From Candidatus Latescibacterota bacterium (GTDB lineage Bacteria; Latescibacterota; UBA2968; UBA8231), in assembly GCA_965243025.1 (NCBI GenBank), contig CBDETY010000003.1, positions 6,336,001 to 6,400,000 of the forward strand: a DNA stretch of 64,000 nt, given 5' to 3'. Numbering within the stretch: the first letter of the stretch is position 1; every line of letters starts with the position of its first letter. This document shows positions 48,615 through 60,037 of this stretch, piece after piece. The notes under the pieces were generated by a model. That model made no database searches, was not told the DNA's origin, and was given only the letters and a program-made list of their open reading frames with translations. The position numbers were made by a program, and so were the translations under genes.

Positions 48615-48971
48615 CTACCCTCCGCCATGTGTGTTCCGGTAATGCTGTCCGGCCACCCTCAGCCGGCGCCGGACCAGGTCAAGCTCCTGCTTCGGCGTGG
48701 CGATTCCCCGCCTGGCCTTCTTCTGGAAGGCGTGCAGGACATAGACCGCGGTCTCGAACCGGACTGTGTACACCGCCCTGAAGGTGTCGCCGTCGTGACG
48801 GGCAACCACCTCTACGACGCCGGAGCCGAAGCCCTTGAGCGGTTTGGCGTCGCGGTGCCGGAGACCGGCCTGGGCCTGGTAGATTGCGAAGCCCATACGG
48901 TCCTGCACGGGTTCTGGAAAGCGTTTCAGAGCCGCTTTGCTCGCACCGACCCATTCGACTGGCTTCAGCAT
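48615..48971 (-). CDS. RelE/ParE-like toxin (DUF891/Gp49-like)
   Basis: W.GAS...FP...KPLKGFGSGVVE...TFRAVY...YVLHAFQKK. Confidence 0.9.
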   Translation of the reverse strand: MLKPVEWVGASKAALKRFPEPVQDRMGFAIYQAQAGLRHRDAKPLKGFGSGVVEVVARHDGDTFRAVYTVRFETAVYVLHAFQKKARRGIATPKQELDLVRRRLRVAGQHYRNTHGGG

Positions 48972-48988
48972 GGTGGTGTTCGCTCCGG

Positions 48989-49017
48989 ACTATAGGGGTT
49001 TCACCATACTCTGACAA
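48989..49017 (-). promoter_or_regulatory. Promoter/operator of the RelE-XRE module
   Basis: Minus strand TTGTCA-N17-TATAGT; imperfect inverted repeat TATGG...CCTATA at 48991-49008 overlapping the -10. Confidence 0.7.
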
Positions 49018-49170
49018 GGCAACCGGCTGTTTCGTCAGTGCGCGGTTCATTCCGAATTGAGGCTTTGTCTGTCCCCAGCCCATTGCCGGTGGCGGGCGGC
49101 CTACGCTACCCGCGGGTGCTGAGGCCGGCAACTCGGTTTTCGGTAGGAACAGATTCACGGAGCGCTGCAG

Positions 49171-49276
49171 CTACTCAGCCAGTAGCTCACGAGCCACGTG
49201 CTTCCGAGCGGCCTGCACGAACTGTGTCAGGACCTCCTCCACGTCGGTCCTTATGCTCGAACTGCGCGCGGGTCAT
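49171..49276 (-). pseudogene. Deletion remnant: start of the XRE partner gene fused out of frame to a gene end
   Basis: ATGA-coupled MTRAQFEH, then in another frame RTDVEEVLTQFVQAARKHVARELLAE*. Confidence 0.5.
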
Positions 49277-49776
49277 CGTTGCAGCTCGTCGCGCCGGAAC
49301 TCCCGGTACGCGGCAGCGCGCTCCGATGCACTCAGCACGCCGGCGAACGGGGTGACGTGACGAAGGTCGCGATAGTGCAATCCGGGGTTGACAAGCGCGT
49401 CTGCGAGTGCATCCGGGGAGCCTTGCAACAGGCGTTCCCATTCGTCGAGGAGGTGGGACGCGCCGGGGTGAAGACCACGCATGCGCAAGAGGTTCGCCTC
49501 CGCTCGGGCCAGCGTCTCGGCGGGAGCAGCGCGAAGCCGTTCGGCGATCCGTTCATGCAGGGCCAGGCTCCGGCGGTCTTCCCGCGTCAGGTGAGGAACG
49601 AATGAGACATGGACGCCGAGACCGACGGCAGAGGCCAGACGCTGGAGCGTACGCAGATTCGGGCGCTTGGTTCCGGTCTCGTAGGCTGCAATCGTCGGTT
49701 GCGAGGTGCCGGCCAACTCGGCCAATGCGGCCTGCGTCAGACCGGCGCTGCGCCGCAGGCGGGCTACCAGGTTCAT
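49273..49776 (-). CDS. XRE-family HTH protein (antitoxin-like)
   Basis: LRRSAGLTQAALAELAGTSQPTIAAYETG; C-domain RSLALH...LRHVTPFAGVL. Confidence 0.85.
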   Translation of the reverse strand: MNLVARLRRSAGLTQAALAELAGTSQPTIAAYETGTKRPNLRTLQRLASAVGLGVHVSFVPHLTREDRRSLALHERIAERLRAAPAETLARAEANLLRMRGLHPGASHLLDEWERLLQGSPDALADALVNPGLHYRDLRHVTPFAGVLSASERAAAYREFRRDELQR

Positions 49777-49782
49777 GTCATG

Positions 49783-49801
49783 AATATATCCGATTGGATA
49801 T
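49783..49801 (-). promoter_or_regulatory. -10 box and operator of the XRE gene
   Basis: ATATCC-GATT-GGATAT palindrome at 49786-49801; minus-strand TATATT ends 6 nt before the ATG. Confidence 0.6.
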
Positions 49802-49908
49802 TATCCACCTCGATCCTCCCCGCGCGCGCTGATGAACCCTGTTACGCCCACAGGAACAGGCGCTCGAGCCGGGCTTGCTGTGCATTCCTCTGGCAAGCGA
49901 CAAACGCC

Positions 49909-51048
49909 CTAAGTCGCCTCTCCCCCATCCCCCCGCCGCCAGGTCTCATACGGATTCTCCCGGTTTGCCAACGGCAAAGACACCCGCGTCCCCAAGCGCT
50001 GCGACTCGTGCACCGCCATGATCATTTCCAGGGCGGCTCGCCCGTCCTCGCCGTTGGAACAGGCCCGCACCGGGCGGTCCTCCTCAATGGCATGGATCAA
50101 TTCCCGCACGATGATCAAGTTGCTCTGGTGCGTGCGCTCGTCCGCCGAGTACTGTTCCCACTCGTCCAACAGCACCCGTTCCCAGGTGCCGTTTTCCTCG
50201 CCGGGGATCCACATGCCCTGGCGATAGACGTACATCTCGCCGTTGGGGGAATTGCGCAGGGCGATGATGCCCTCGCTGCCGTGCGCCTCGAAACCGAACC
50301 AACGGCTGTTGGCCCCTTTCGGGTAGCCCGGTTGCGATTCAAAATGTCCGGTCACCCCATTCGCAAAAACGTAGTACGCCGCCACCCCGTTGCCGGCGAT
50401 CAGACCGATGCGCTCGTCCCCTTCCCGCACATCGTCCAACGTCACCTCGCGCCCATCCTGCGTGACGTGCCCGTGGGCCCAAACCACCTCGGCCCCGGCG
50501 AAGTAGCGCATGCTGTCCATCATGTGCGTGCCCAGGACCATCAGATCCTGAGACCCCGCCCGGCGGTCGGACTTGCCGTGGCTGCGCAGCACTTGTAGCC
50601 GGCCGATAACACCCTCGTCAACCAGCTTCTTGCCGTACTCCTCGTAGGGATTGGCGCGCCGGTGCGCCACCGCGGTCTTGACGCCGTGCTCCTGACAGGC
50701 CGCCAACAGGGCGTCGGCCTCGCGCAGAGTGGGCGTCAGCGGCTTCTCGATAAACACGCCGCGCACCCCGGCCTCGGCGCAGGCGATGACCATGTCGGCG
50801 TGGCAGTCGGGCATCCGCGGACAGACGCTGACTATGTCCAAATCCTCGTCGGCGAGCATCTGGCGGAAATCGGCGTAGAGCCGCTGGGCACCCGTGCGCT
50901 CGCCGGCTGCCGCCCGGCCCTCGGGATCGGGGTCGGCCACCGCGACCAGATCCACTTGCTCCAAGTCCCGGTAAACGGTTTCCAGCCCGTGGCCGTAGTC
51001 GCCGGCACCCGTGCGCCCGATGACTCCGGCTTTGTAGCGCTTGCCCAT
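49909..51048 (-). CDS. Gfo/Idh/MocA family oxidoreductase
   Basis: GVIGRTG..DYGH, IEKP, LGTHMMD. Confidence 0.9.
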   Translation of the reverse strand: MGKRYKAGVIGRTGAGDYGHGLETVYRDLEQVDLVAVADPDPEGRAAAGERTGAQRLYADFRQMLADEDLDIVSVCPRMPDCHADMVIACAEAGVRGVFIEKPLTPTLREADALLAACQEHGVKTAVAHRRANPYEEYGKKLVDEGVIGRLQVLRSHGKSDRRAGSQDLMVLGTHMMDSMRYFAGAEVVWAHGHVTQDGREVTLDDVREGDERIGLIAGNGVAAYYVFANGVTGHFESQPGYPKGANSRWFGFEAHGSEGIIALRNSPNGEMYVYRQGMWIPGEENGTWERVLLDEWEQYSADERTHQSNLIIVRELIHAIEEDRPVRACSNGEDGRAALEMIMAVHESQRLGTRVSLPLANRENPYETWRRGDGGEAT

Positions 51049-51177
51049 AATTCGCACTCCTCGTTAGTCGGCCTGTGTTTCCAGGATCAATTCGGGGCCG
51101 GAGGGACCGTTGAGGCACACCGCAGGGCGTGCCGGGCAACCCGGGCGCTCCGGCGGTCCGTGGTCAGCGTTCCGTCC

Positions 51178-54321
<3,144 letters not shown>

Positions 54322-54324
54322 GGG

Positions 54325-55335
54325 CTACGGCTGCCTGCGGATGATGCGCACGGCCTGGCCGTCGCGCAGCCGCTCGTTGCCGCGCACCACCGCCAGGTCC
54401 CCGGGTGCGAGCTCCCCCGTGACCGCCACGTACCCCTGGTGCGCCAGCCCGGTTTCGACCGGGCGGCTGAGGGCCTTGCCGTCGCGGGCGAGATACACGA
54501 CCTGTCCTTCCGGACCGGAGACCAGGGCGTCCTTGTGCACGAGGAGCGATGCCCTGGCCTGCGCGATCCGGAAGCGCACCCGCGCCGACATGTTGCCGAG
54601 CATCCGGCCTTCCGGGTTGGCGGCCTCGACGACGACCGGGAAGGTGCGGGAAGCGGCGTAGCCCTCGGCGGAAACGGCGGTCACGAGGCCGGCGATGGGA
54701 TCGCTGCCGAGGGCGTCGACGACGATGGCGACGCTGTCCCCCAGGGAAAGCTGCGGCACGTGGTTCTCGGGAACCTCGACGATCACCCGCACCGTGTCGA
54801 TGGAGATCACCTGCGCGATCTCACCGCCGCGGCCGACCCACTCGCCGACCTCGGTGAAGGTGCGGACGATGTGCCCGGAGAAAGGGGCGCGGACGAGGAG
54901 GTTTTCCACCTGGGCCTGGAGGCCGCTCAGCCGGGTCTCGGCGCGGGCCAGCTCGAAAGCCTTGTTGCGCAGGTCCTGCTCGGAGACGGTGTCGGTGGCG
55001 CGCAACCGGAGGCTGCCCTCGTGGTTGAACCGGCGCAGCGCGAGGTCGGCCTCGGCTTCGGCCAGGGCGGCCTGGAGCGGGTCGTTGGCCAGCTCGAAGA
55101 GAGGGTCGCCGGCGCGCACGGTCTGGCCGGCGTCCTTGAAGCGCTTGACCACCTGTCCTTCGGTCTCGGCGGCGACGCGGCTGGAGCGCACCGGCAGGAT
55201 GCGCCCTACAAAGGAGAGGTCCTCGACGAGCGGCTGTTCGAGGACCTCGGCGACGATGACCGGCGACGGCGGGCGCTCCTGGCCGGGAAGTGCAGTGGGC
55301 AGCAGGATCAGGAGCAGGAGAAGGGCAGAGGGCAT
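54325..55335 (-). CDS. RND membrane fusion protein
   Basis: GQV...GQTVRAGDPL, RAPFSG, SRTF, GDLAVVRG...LRDG. Confidence 0.93.
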   Translation of the reverse strand: MPSALLLLLILLPTALPGQERPPSPVIVAEVLEQPLVEDLSFVGRILPVRSSRVAAETEGQVVKRFKDAGQTVRAGDPLFELANDPLQAALAEAEADLALRRFNHEGSLRLRATDTVSEQDLRNKAFELARAETRLSGLQAQVENLLVRAPFSGHIVRTFTEVGEWVGRGGEIAQVISIDTVRVIVEVPENHVPQLSLGDSVAIVVDALGSDPIAGLVTAVSAEGYAASRTFPVVVEAANPEGRMLGNMSARVRFRIAQARASLLVHKDALVSGPEGQVVYLARDGKALSRPVETGLAHQGYVAVTGELAPGDLAVVRGNERLRDGQAVRIIRRQP

Positions 55336-55448
55336 TCAGGTGTTCCTCGTCGGCGTGAGAAAGTACCGGGGATGGCTGTATGACTCGGTGTTATGGAATG
55401 AAAGAAAATAAAAACGGCAGCCAGACGGATAGTATGTTCAGCGAGGGG

Positions 55449-55468
55449 GCCGCCCATACTGGGGCGGC
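55449..55468. terminator. GC hairpin right after the DUF3883 stop
   Basis: GCCGCCC-ATACTG-GGGCGGC; no clear U-tract. Confidence 0.35.
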
Positions 55469-55470
55469 TC

Positions 55471-56313
55471 TCAAAGGTGTGCGCGGTAGTTGATTGCCTG
55501 CAACTGCACATGACGACTGACATCCCCCGGTAACTGGAAGAGCTTGGGTCTCTGCCGAAACTCGAACAGCCGGTAAAGATGGTAGGCCTGGGCGTTCGCC
55601 TCCGAGAATCGGACCTCGCCGGCGCTGATGTAGAACGGCGTGAGCTTGCCGTAACGTGTGGTCTTCACCTCGATGAATCGGTCCCGTCCGTTGGCTTCGT
55701 ACGAATGAATATCAAAACCGGCATGGTCGCCCAAAGTTTTTGAGACCTGCTCGACGTTCCTGGCCAGGTGGTCCTTGCCTTCACCCAGGAGCCTGGCGCG
55801 CTCGAAATCCATAACCAATGCTTCACCGGCATCGCCGAGCGATCGATTGAGGGCCTCCATATGAAGGTAGTTGATCGTTGGGGAAGGGTGTCTGGGAACG
55901 CCGTAGTCAGTAGTTGCCTCACCTACCGAAGCGGAAGTGGGCACAGGCGGAGCGACTTGGATGCCGAGGACATCGTCGACGGCGACTTGGTTCTGGAGTG
56001 CCTCGACATCTGTTGCGACCAAGTCCTCAAGCGACCAAAGGTGCTCGCGAACCACATCCCTCAACAGGCTCTGGATGTTGACGAGCGGTTTGTATCCGTT
56101 GATGTAGGGAAACCCCAACTCGATCAGGACTGCGCTGATGTTCTGGTGTTTGCGCTCAACCGCGCCGCGGGTGCGGCCATCCAACCGAGCACGGAGCGCC
56201 TTGTTGTGGGCAGCTTTGTTGAAGGGTTCACCGCGAACCTCATAAGCCAGCATTTCGAGGTAGTCTCGGACAGTGGCTTCAACCTCCTGTCTGCTCCAAT
56301 CGCTGAACTGCAT
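55471..56313 (-). CDS. DUF3883 (PD-(D/E)xK-like) nuclease domain protein
   Basis: LGDAGE, GFDIHS...FIEVKTT, FYISAGE; N-domain WSRQEV...RTRGAVERKHQNISAVL. Confidence 0.85.
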   Translation of the reverse strand: MQFSDWSRQEVEATVRDYLEMLAYEVRGEPFNKAAHNKALRARLDGRTRGAVERKHQNISAVLIELGFPYINGYKPLVNIQSLLRDVVREHLWSLEDLVATDVEALQNQVAVDDVLGIQVAPPVPTSASVGEATTDYGVPRHPSPTINYLHMEALNRSLGDAGEALVMDFERARLLGEGKDHLARNVEQVSKTLGDHAGFDIHSYEANGRDRFIEVKTTRYGKLTPFYISAGEVRFSEANAQAYHLYRLFEFRQRPKLFQLPGDVSRHVQLQAINYRAHL

Positions 56314-56391
56314 GGTTCAGCATCGTACGAACGAGTACGAGGAACGCACAACCTTCTATCCACTCGCGGACCCACCTCAGACTCCTCCGCT

Positions 56392-57660
56392 TCAGCCCGG
56401 CAGCAGGGCGTCCCACTGGGCCTCGCGGTCCGGATGAGGGGCGTTGGCCACCTGTTTCCTGCCGTCGACGTAGATCCTCAGGTAGGAGGTCTCCAGGTCC
56501 GCGGTCTCGTGCAGCACGAGGCCGTCGATGCGGCAGCCCCGCGCCTCCCGGACGATGCCGCGCAGCTCCCGCGGCGTCGGCGTCCGCTTGGAGAGGTTCC
56601 CCTCTGCGTCGTGGAAGTGGCAGATCATGTTGAGCCAGGTGTAGAGCTTCTTGCCGAAGCGCGCCGTGGTGTCGCGGTAGACCTCACCTATTGAAGGGTC
56701 GCAGGGGTTGAGGCGGCTGGTCACCACGACCACCGCGTCCACCAGGTCCTCGCGGCACCATTGGCTCAGGTCCAGGCGCGCCCGCAGCAGGGCCCGCTCC
56801 GGGTTCTCCTTCTCGGAGTGGCCGGCGATGAGGATGTCCGGCTCTTCCGAGGTGCCCACCCAGACCGGCAGGGCACCGGCGGCCTCGCGCACTTCCCTCA
56901 ACAGCACCGTGTACGAGTCGCCGCGGATCCTCTGCAGGCGGCAGGCCAGCCAGGGGAACTCCCGGATGCGCGCCGGCGGGGCGTCGACCCCGGTCTCCTC
57001 GCGCAGCTGTTTCAGCCAGGGTTCGTTGTACCCGAACCCGTCGTCCTCGTCCGGCTCGCCGGCATGGCTGCGGAAGCAGACGAAGAGGCCGTCCACGCCG
57101 TACTCCCGCACCTCCTCGAGGTGGTCGAGGTAGTAGCGCCGGGCCTCCTCGTACGCGTAGCAGGGGATCCCGGGGTGGCGGCTGCGGCCGTCGAGACCGG
57201 CCCAGTAGAGGTGGGGGCGCTCGTCGTAGAAGGGGGAGGTGTTGCGCCCCCAGTGGCGGACGATGTGGAAGTCCTGGAGGGTTGCCCAGGCGAAGAGGCG
57301 GATGCCGTGGCGCCGGGCGCTGGCGACGGCAACCTCGAGGGGGTCCATGCCCGACAGCAGCCGCTCCCACGCCTCGGACTGGTCCGCCAGGCTCGGCACC
57401 GAGCGGCTGCGGTAGAGCCCGCGGGCGCCGGCCAGCGTTCGCCAGAGGATGGTCCTCACCTGGCGGCGGCTGGCCTTCTCGAAGATCTCGTCGATGTACG
57501 CGGCCTCCGCGGCCCGGGGATCGTGCACGAGGAGCACGCCGTGGTCCAGGGTGAGGATCACCTCCCGGTCCGGACCCGTTTCCCTTTCGGCATCCGGCTT
57601 CGGGTGGCCGGCCCCGGCCCTGGAGTCCGGGTCTCGGGAATCGGCTTCTGCTGCAGTCAT
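56392..57660 (-). CDS. Glycosyl hydrolase-like 10 (TIM-barrel) family protein
   Basis: DPLEVAV..ARRHGIRLFAW, YAYEEAR, YGVDGL, FGYNEP. Confidence 0.7.
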   Translation of the reverse strand: MTAAEADSRDPDSRAGAGHPKPDAERETGPDREVILTLDHGVLLVHDPRAAEAAYIDEIFEKASRRQVRTILWRTLAGARGLYRSRSVPSLADQSEAWERLLSGMDPLEVAVASARRHGIRLFAWATLQDFHIVRHWGRNTSPFYDERPHLYWAGLDGRSRHPGIPCYAYEEARRYYLDHLEEVREYGVDGLFVCFRSHAGEPDEDDGFGYNEPWLKQLREETGVDAPPARIREFPWLACRLQRIRGDSYTVLLREVREAAGALPVWVGTSEEPDILIAGHSEKENPERALLRARLDLSQWCREDLVDAVVVVTSRLNPCDPSIGEVYRDTTARFGKKLYTWLNMICHFHDAEGNLSKRTPTPRELRGIVREARGCRIDGLVLHETADLETSYLRIYVDGRKQVANAPHPDREAQWDALLPG

Positions 57661-57664
57661 CCCG

Positions 57665-60019
57665 TCATTCCCGCGCGGCGATCCGGAAGGCGTAGAGGCG
57701 GGCGCGGTCGAGGGTGAACCGCAGGCGCACAGTCCCGCCCCGCCAGGGGGCCAGGTCGGCGACCGCCTCGTCGACGGCGTCCCCCTCGAAGACCGCCGGT
57801 TCCGGTCCGAGGGGATCGCCCGCCTCGTCGGTCAGCTCGACGCGGATGCAGCCGCCCCGGTCGGTGGCCGCGTTGAGGCGCAGCTCCTCTCCGTCCACGC
57901 GGACCGGGCGGGTGCCGAGATAGCCGCACCCCTCCACCGGCTCGGCGTGGGCCACGCGGAAGGGCAGGCAGCGGGCGAAGGCCGGCTGGTAGCGGGTCTG
58001 TTTGCCGTCGGCCCAGTACCCCTCCCAGGTGGTGAAGTAGGGGGCGTCGGCGTGGTTGGGGCAGCTGCGGCGGAACTCCTCCAGGTCCTTCCACCCGGAC
58101 ATGATCCCGTAGCCGTTGTGACGCGTGTTGATGGCGGTGTAGTGGTACCACCACTGGCCGCCGAGCTCGCTGTACATATAGATGTCGCGGATCATGCCGA
58201 AGTCGTAGGTGCCCGGGCCGTTGGACTCGACGAGGCTGCGCCGGTGCCCGGTGAAGCGCTTGAAGTGCAGCAGGTCGCGGGTCCAGATCAGCTCCGGCTC
58301 CTGGGTCTGCTCGATCCCCCAGTGCAGCAGCACCGAGCCGAGGTAGAGGTTCCGCCGCGGGAAGGCCTGGTTGACCTTGTGCTTCCCCTTGTTGAGCGCC
58401 GGCCTTCCCGGCGCGTCCCCCGGGGTGCCGAAGCGCTGCATCAGCCCCATGGCGTAGAACTGGGACCCGAGACGGTCGTGCCGGTCCGGGCCCAGCACGA
58501 AGCGGCGGTCGTAGGCGATGCCGTCCGCGGTGGACATGACCGCCAGGCAGCGCAGGCACAGGTGCATGTTGTCGTAAGTTGCCCCGTGCGGCGGATAGGC
58601 GGGCGAGGCGGGGCGGAAGTAGAAGTGCAGCCGCTTTCCGTCCGACTCCTCCACGTGGCAGCGGATGGTCTCGCTGGTGTGCATCAGGTCCATGCCGACG
58701 CCGAGGTAGAGGACCGGCTCCCGCGTCAGCACGAGGTAGAGGGCGCCGCGCTGCTCGAAGGGCCAGAACTCCCCCTTGCGGGGGCGGAAGGACCCGCTCT
58801 CTCCGTCTTCGTCCCGGTTTTCGAGGCTCCTGCAGCGGGAGGGGAAGTCCTCCTTGGCCGAGGCGACGAAGACGCGGTCGAGGTCGACGGGGCCGTCCCT
58901 CTCCGCGTCGTAGAAGCGGAACTCCGCGTGCTCGAGGGCGTGGGCCCTCTCCCGTTCGGCCGGGGTGGGTTCGCGGTGGTCGCTGAGGATGTTGTTGGCC
59001 GTGGAGCCGTCGTACTCGACCAATCCGAGGGCGGGCTTCTCCCAGCTCTCCCCGTCTTCGCTGACCAGCAGCATGCGCAGGCGGCTGCGCTCCTCGCGCG
59101 TCTCTTCCCGCTCGATGCGCCCGCCCCCGTTGCGGTAGACGGCCTCGTAGCGCCCGGCCTCCTCGTTCCAGTCCACGGACTCGAGGCCGAGCATCTCCTC
59201 GTCGTGGGGCTCGGTGGTGGCGGCCAGGGGGGCCGGGTTCTTGTCCATGGTGTCGGGGACGAACTGGACGCCTTCGGCCTCGTCGAAGCTGTAGTCGTCG
59301 ACCAGCACCTCGGGATAGCCGGCCAGCTCGAGAACTTCCGGTGGCGCCGGCCCGGCGGCGGCCTGCACCCAGAACTTGCGCACGCACCAGGGCCCCACCG
59401 GCTCGCCGTTCACCAACGGCCGCAGGCGGATCCAGTACTCTCCCGTGCCCCAGCCGGCGATGGAGAAGGTCTGTTCCTGCAGCTCGTGGGTCAGGCTCAG
59501 GCGCCAGGGGCCTGCCAGGGGCGCGAAGCCTTCGCGGGTGGTGACGTCCGCTTCCACCTCGCAGCGGCTGACGCGGCGGCGGCGGATGCGGTAGAGGAAG
59601 CGGGCCTCGTCCTCGTCGAGGAACAGGGACTGCCGCGGCGCGCACTCGATGATCTGCGGCCGGGCGTCGACGGCGATGACCGAGCGATCGGAGGGGAAGA
59701 AGCCGAGGGGGTCGAGGGTGGTGGACCCGGAGGCGATCGCGCGGTCCGCGGCCAGGAGCTGCACGTCGAAGCGGTACTCCCCCATGAGCCAGCTGTCCTC
59801 CCAGAGGCCGGGTTCGGGGTCGTAGCGCCCGTCGTCGACCAGCGGGTAGAGGATGGGGACGCGGGCCTTGCCGTCCCGCACCTCCACCTCGTCAACCGTC
59901 AGTTCCTGGACGTATCCCTGGGGCTGGCGAACCCGGACCCGGGCGGTCAGGCCGTCCGCGCCGGCCGGGCAGTCCAGGACCAGGCTCTTCCACCAGTAGC
60001 CGTTGTCGATGAACTCCAT
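57665..60019 (-). CDS. Hypothetical protein, probable beta-propeller glycosidase-like
   Basis: SEDGESWEKPALGLVEYDGSTANN, STADG, C-terminal LRLNA...IRVEL...GD...LRF...LYAF sandwich. Confidence 0.65.
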   Translation of the reverse strand: MEFIDNGYWWKSLVLDCPAGADGLTARVRVRQPQGYVQELTVDEVEVRDGKARVPILYPLVDDGRYDPEPGLWEDSWLMGEYRFDVQLLAADRAIASGSTTLDPLGFFPSDRSVIAVDARPQIIECAPRQSLFLDEDEARFLYRIRRRRVSRCEVEADVTTREGFAPLAGPWRLSLTHELQEQTFSIAGWGTGEYWIRLRPLVNGEPVGPWCVRKFWVQAAAGPAPPEVLELAGYPEVLVDDYSFDEAEGVQFVPDTMDKNPAPLAATTEPHDEEMLGLESVDWNEEAGRYEAVYRNGGGRIEREETREERSRLRMLLVSEDGESWEKPALGLVEYDGSTANNILSDHREPTPAERERAHALEHAEFRFYDAERDGPVDLDRVFVASAKEDFPSRCRSLENRDEDGESGSFRPRKGEFWPFEQRGALYLVLTREPVLYLGVGMDLMHTSETIRCHVEESDGKRLHFYFRPASPAYPPHGATYDNMHLCLRCLAVMSTADGIAYDRRFVLGPDRHDRLGSQFYAMGLMQRFGTPGDAPGRPALNKGKHKVNQAFPRRNLYLGSVLLHWGIEQTQEPELIWTRDLLHFKRFTGHRRSLVESNGPGTYDFGMIRDIYMYSELGGQWWYHYTAINTRHNGYGIMSGWKDLEEFRRSCPNHADAPYFTTWEGYWADGKQTRYQPAFARCLPFRVAHAEPVEGCGYLGTRPVRVDGEELRLNAATDRGGCIRVELTDEAGDPLGPEPAVFEGDAVDEAVADLAPWRGGTVRLRFTLDRARLYAFRIAARE

Positions 60020-60037
60020 GGATTCCGCGCAGGTCGA

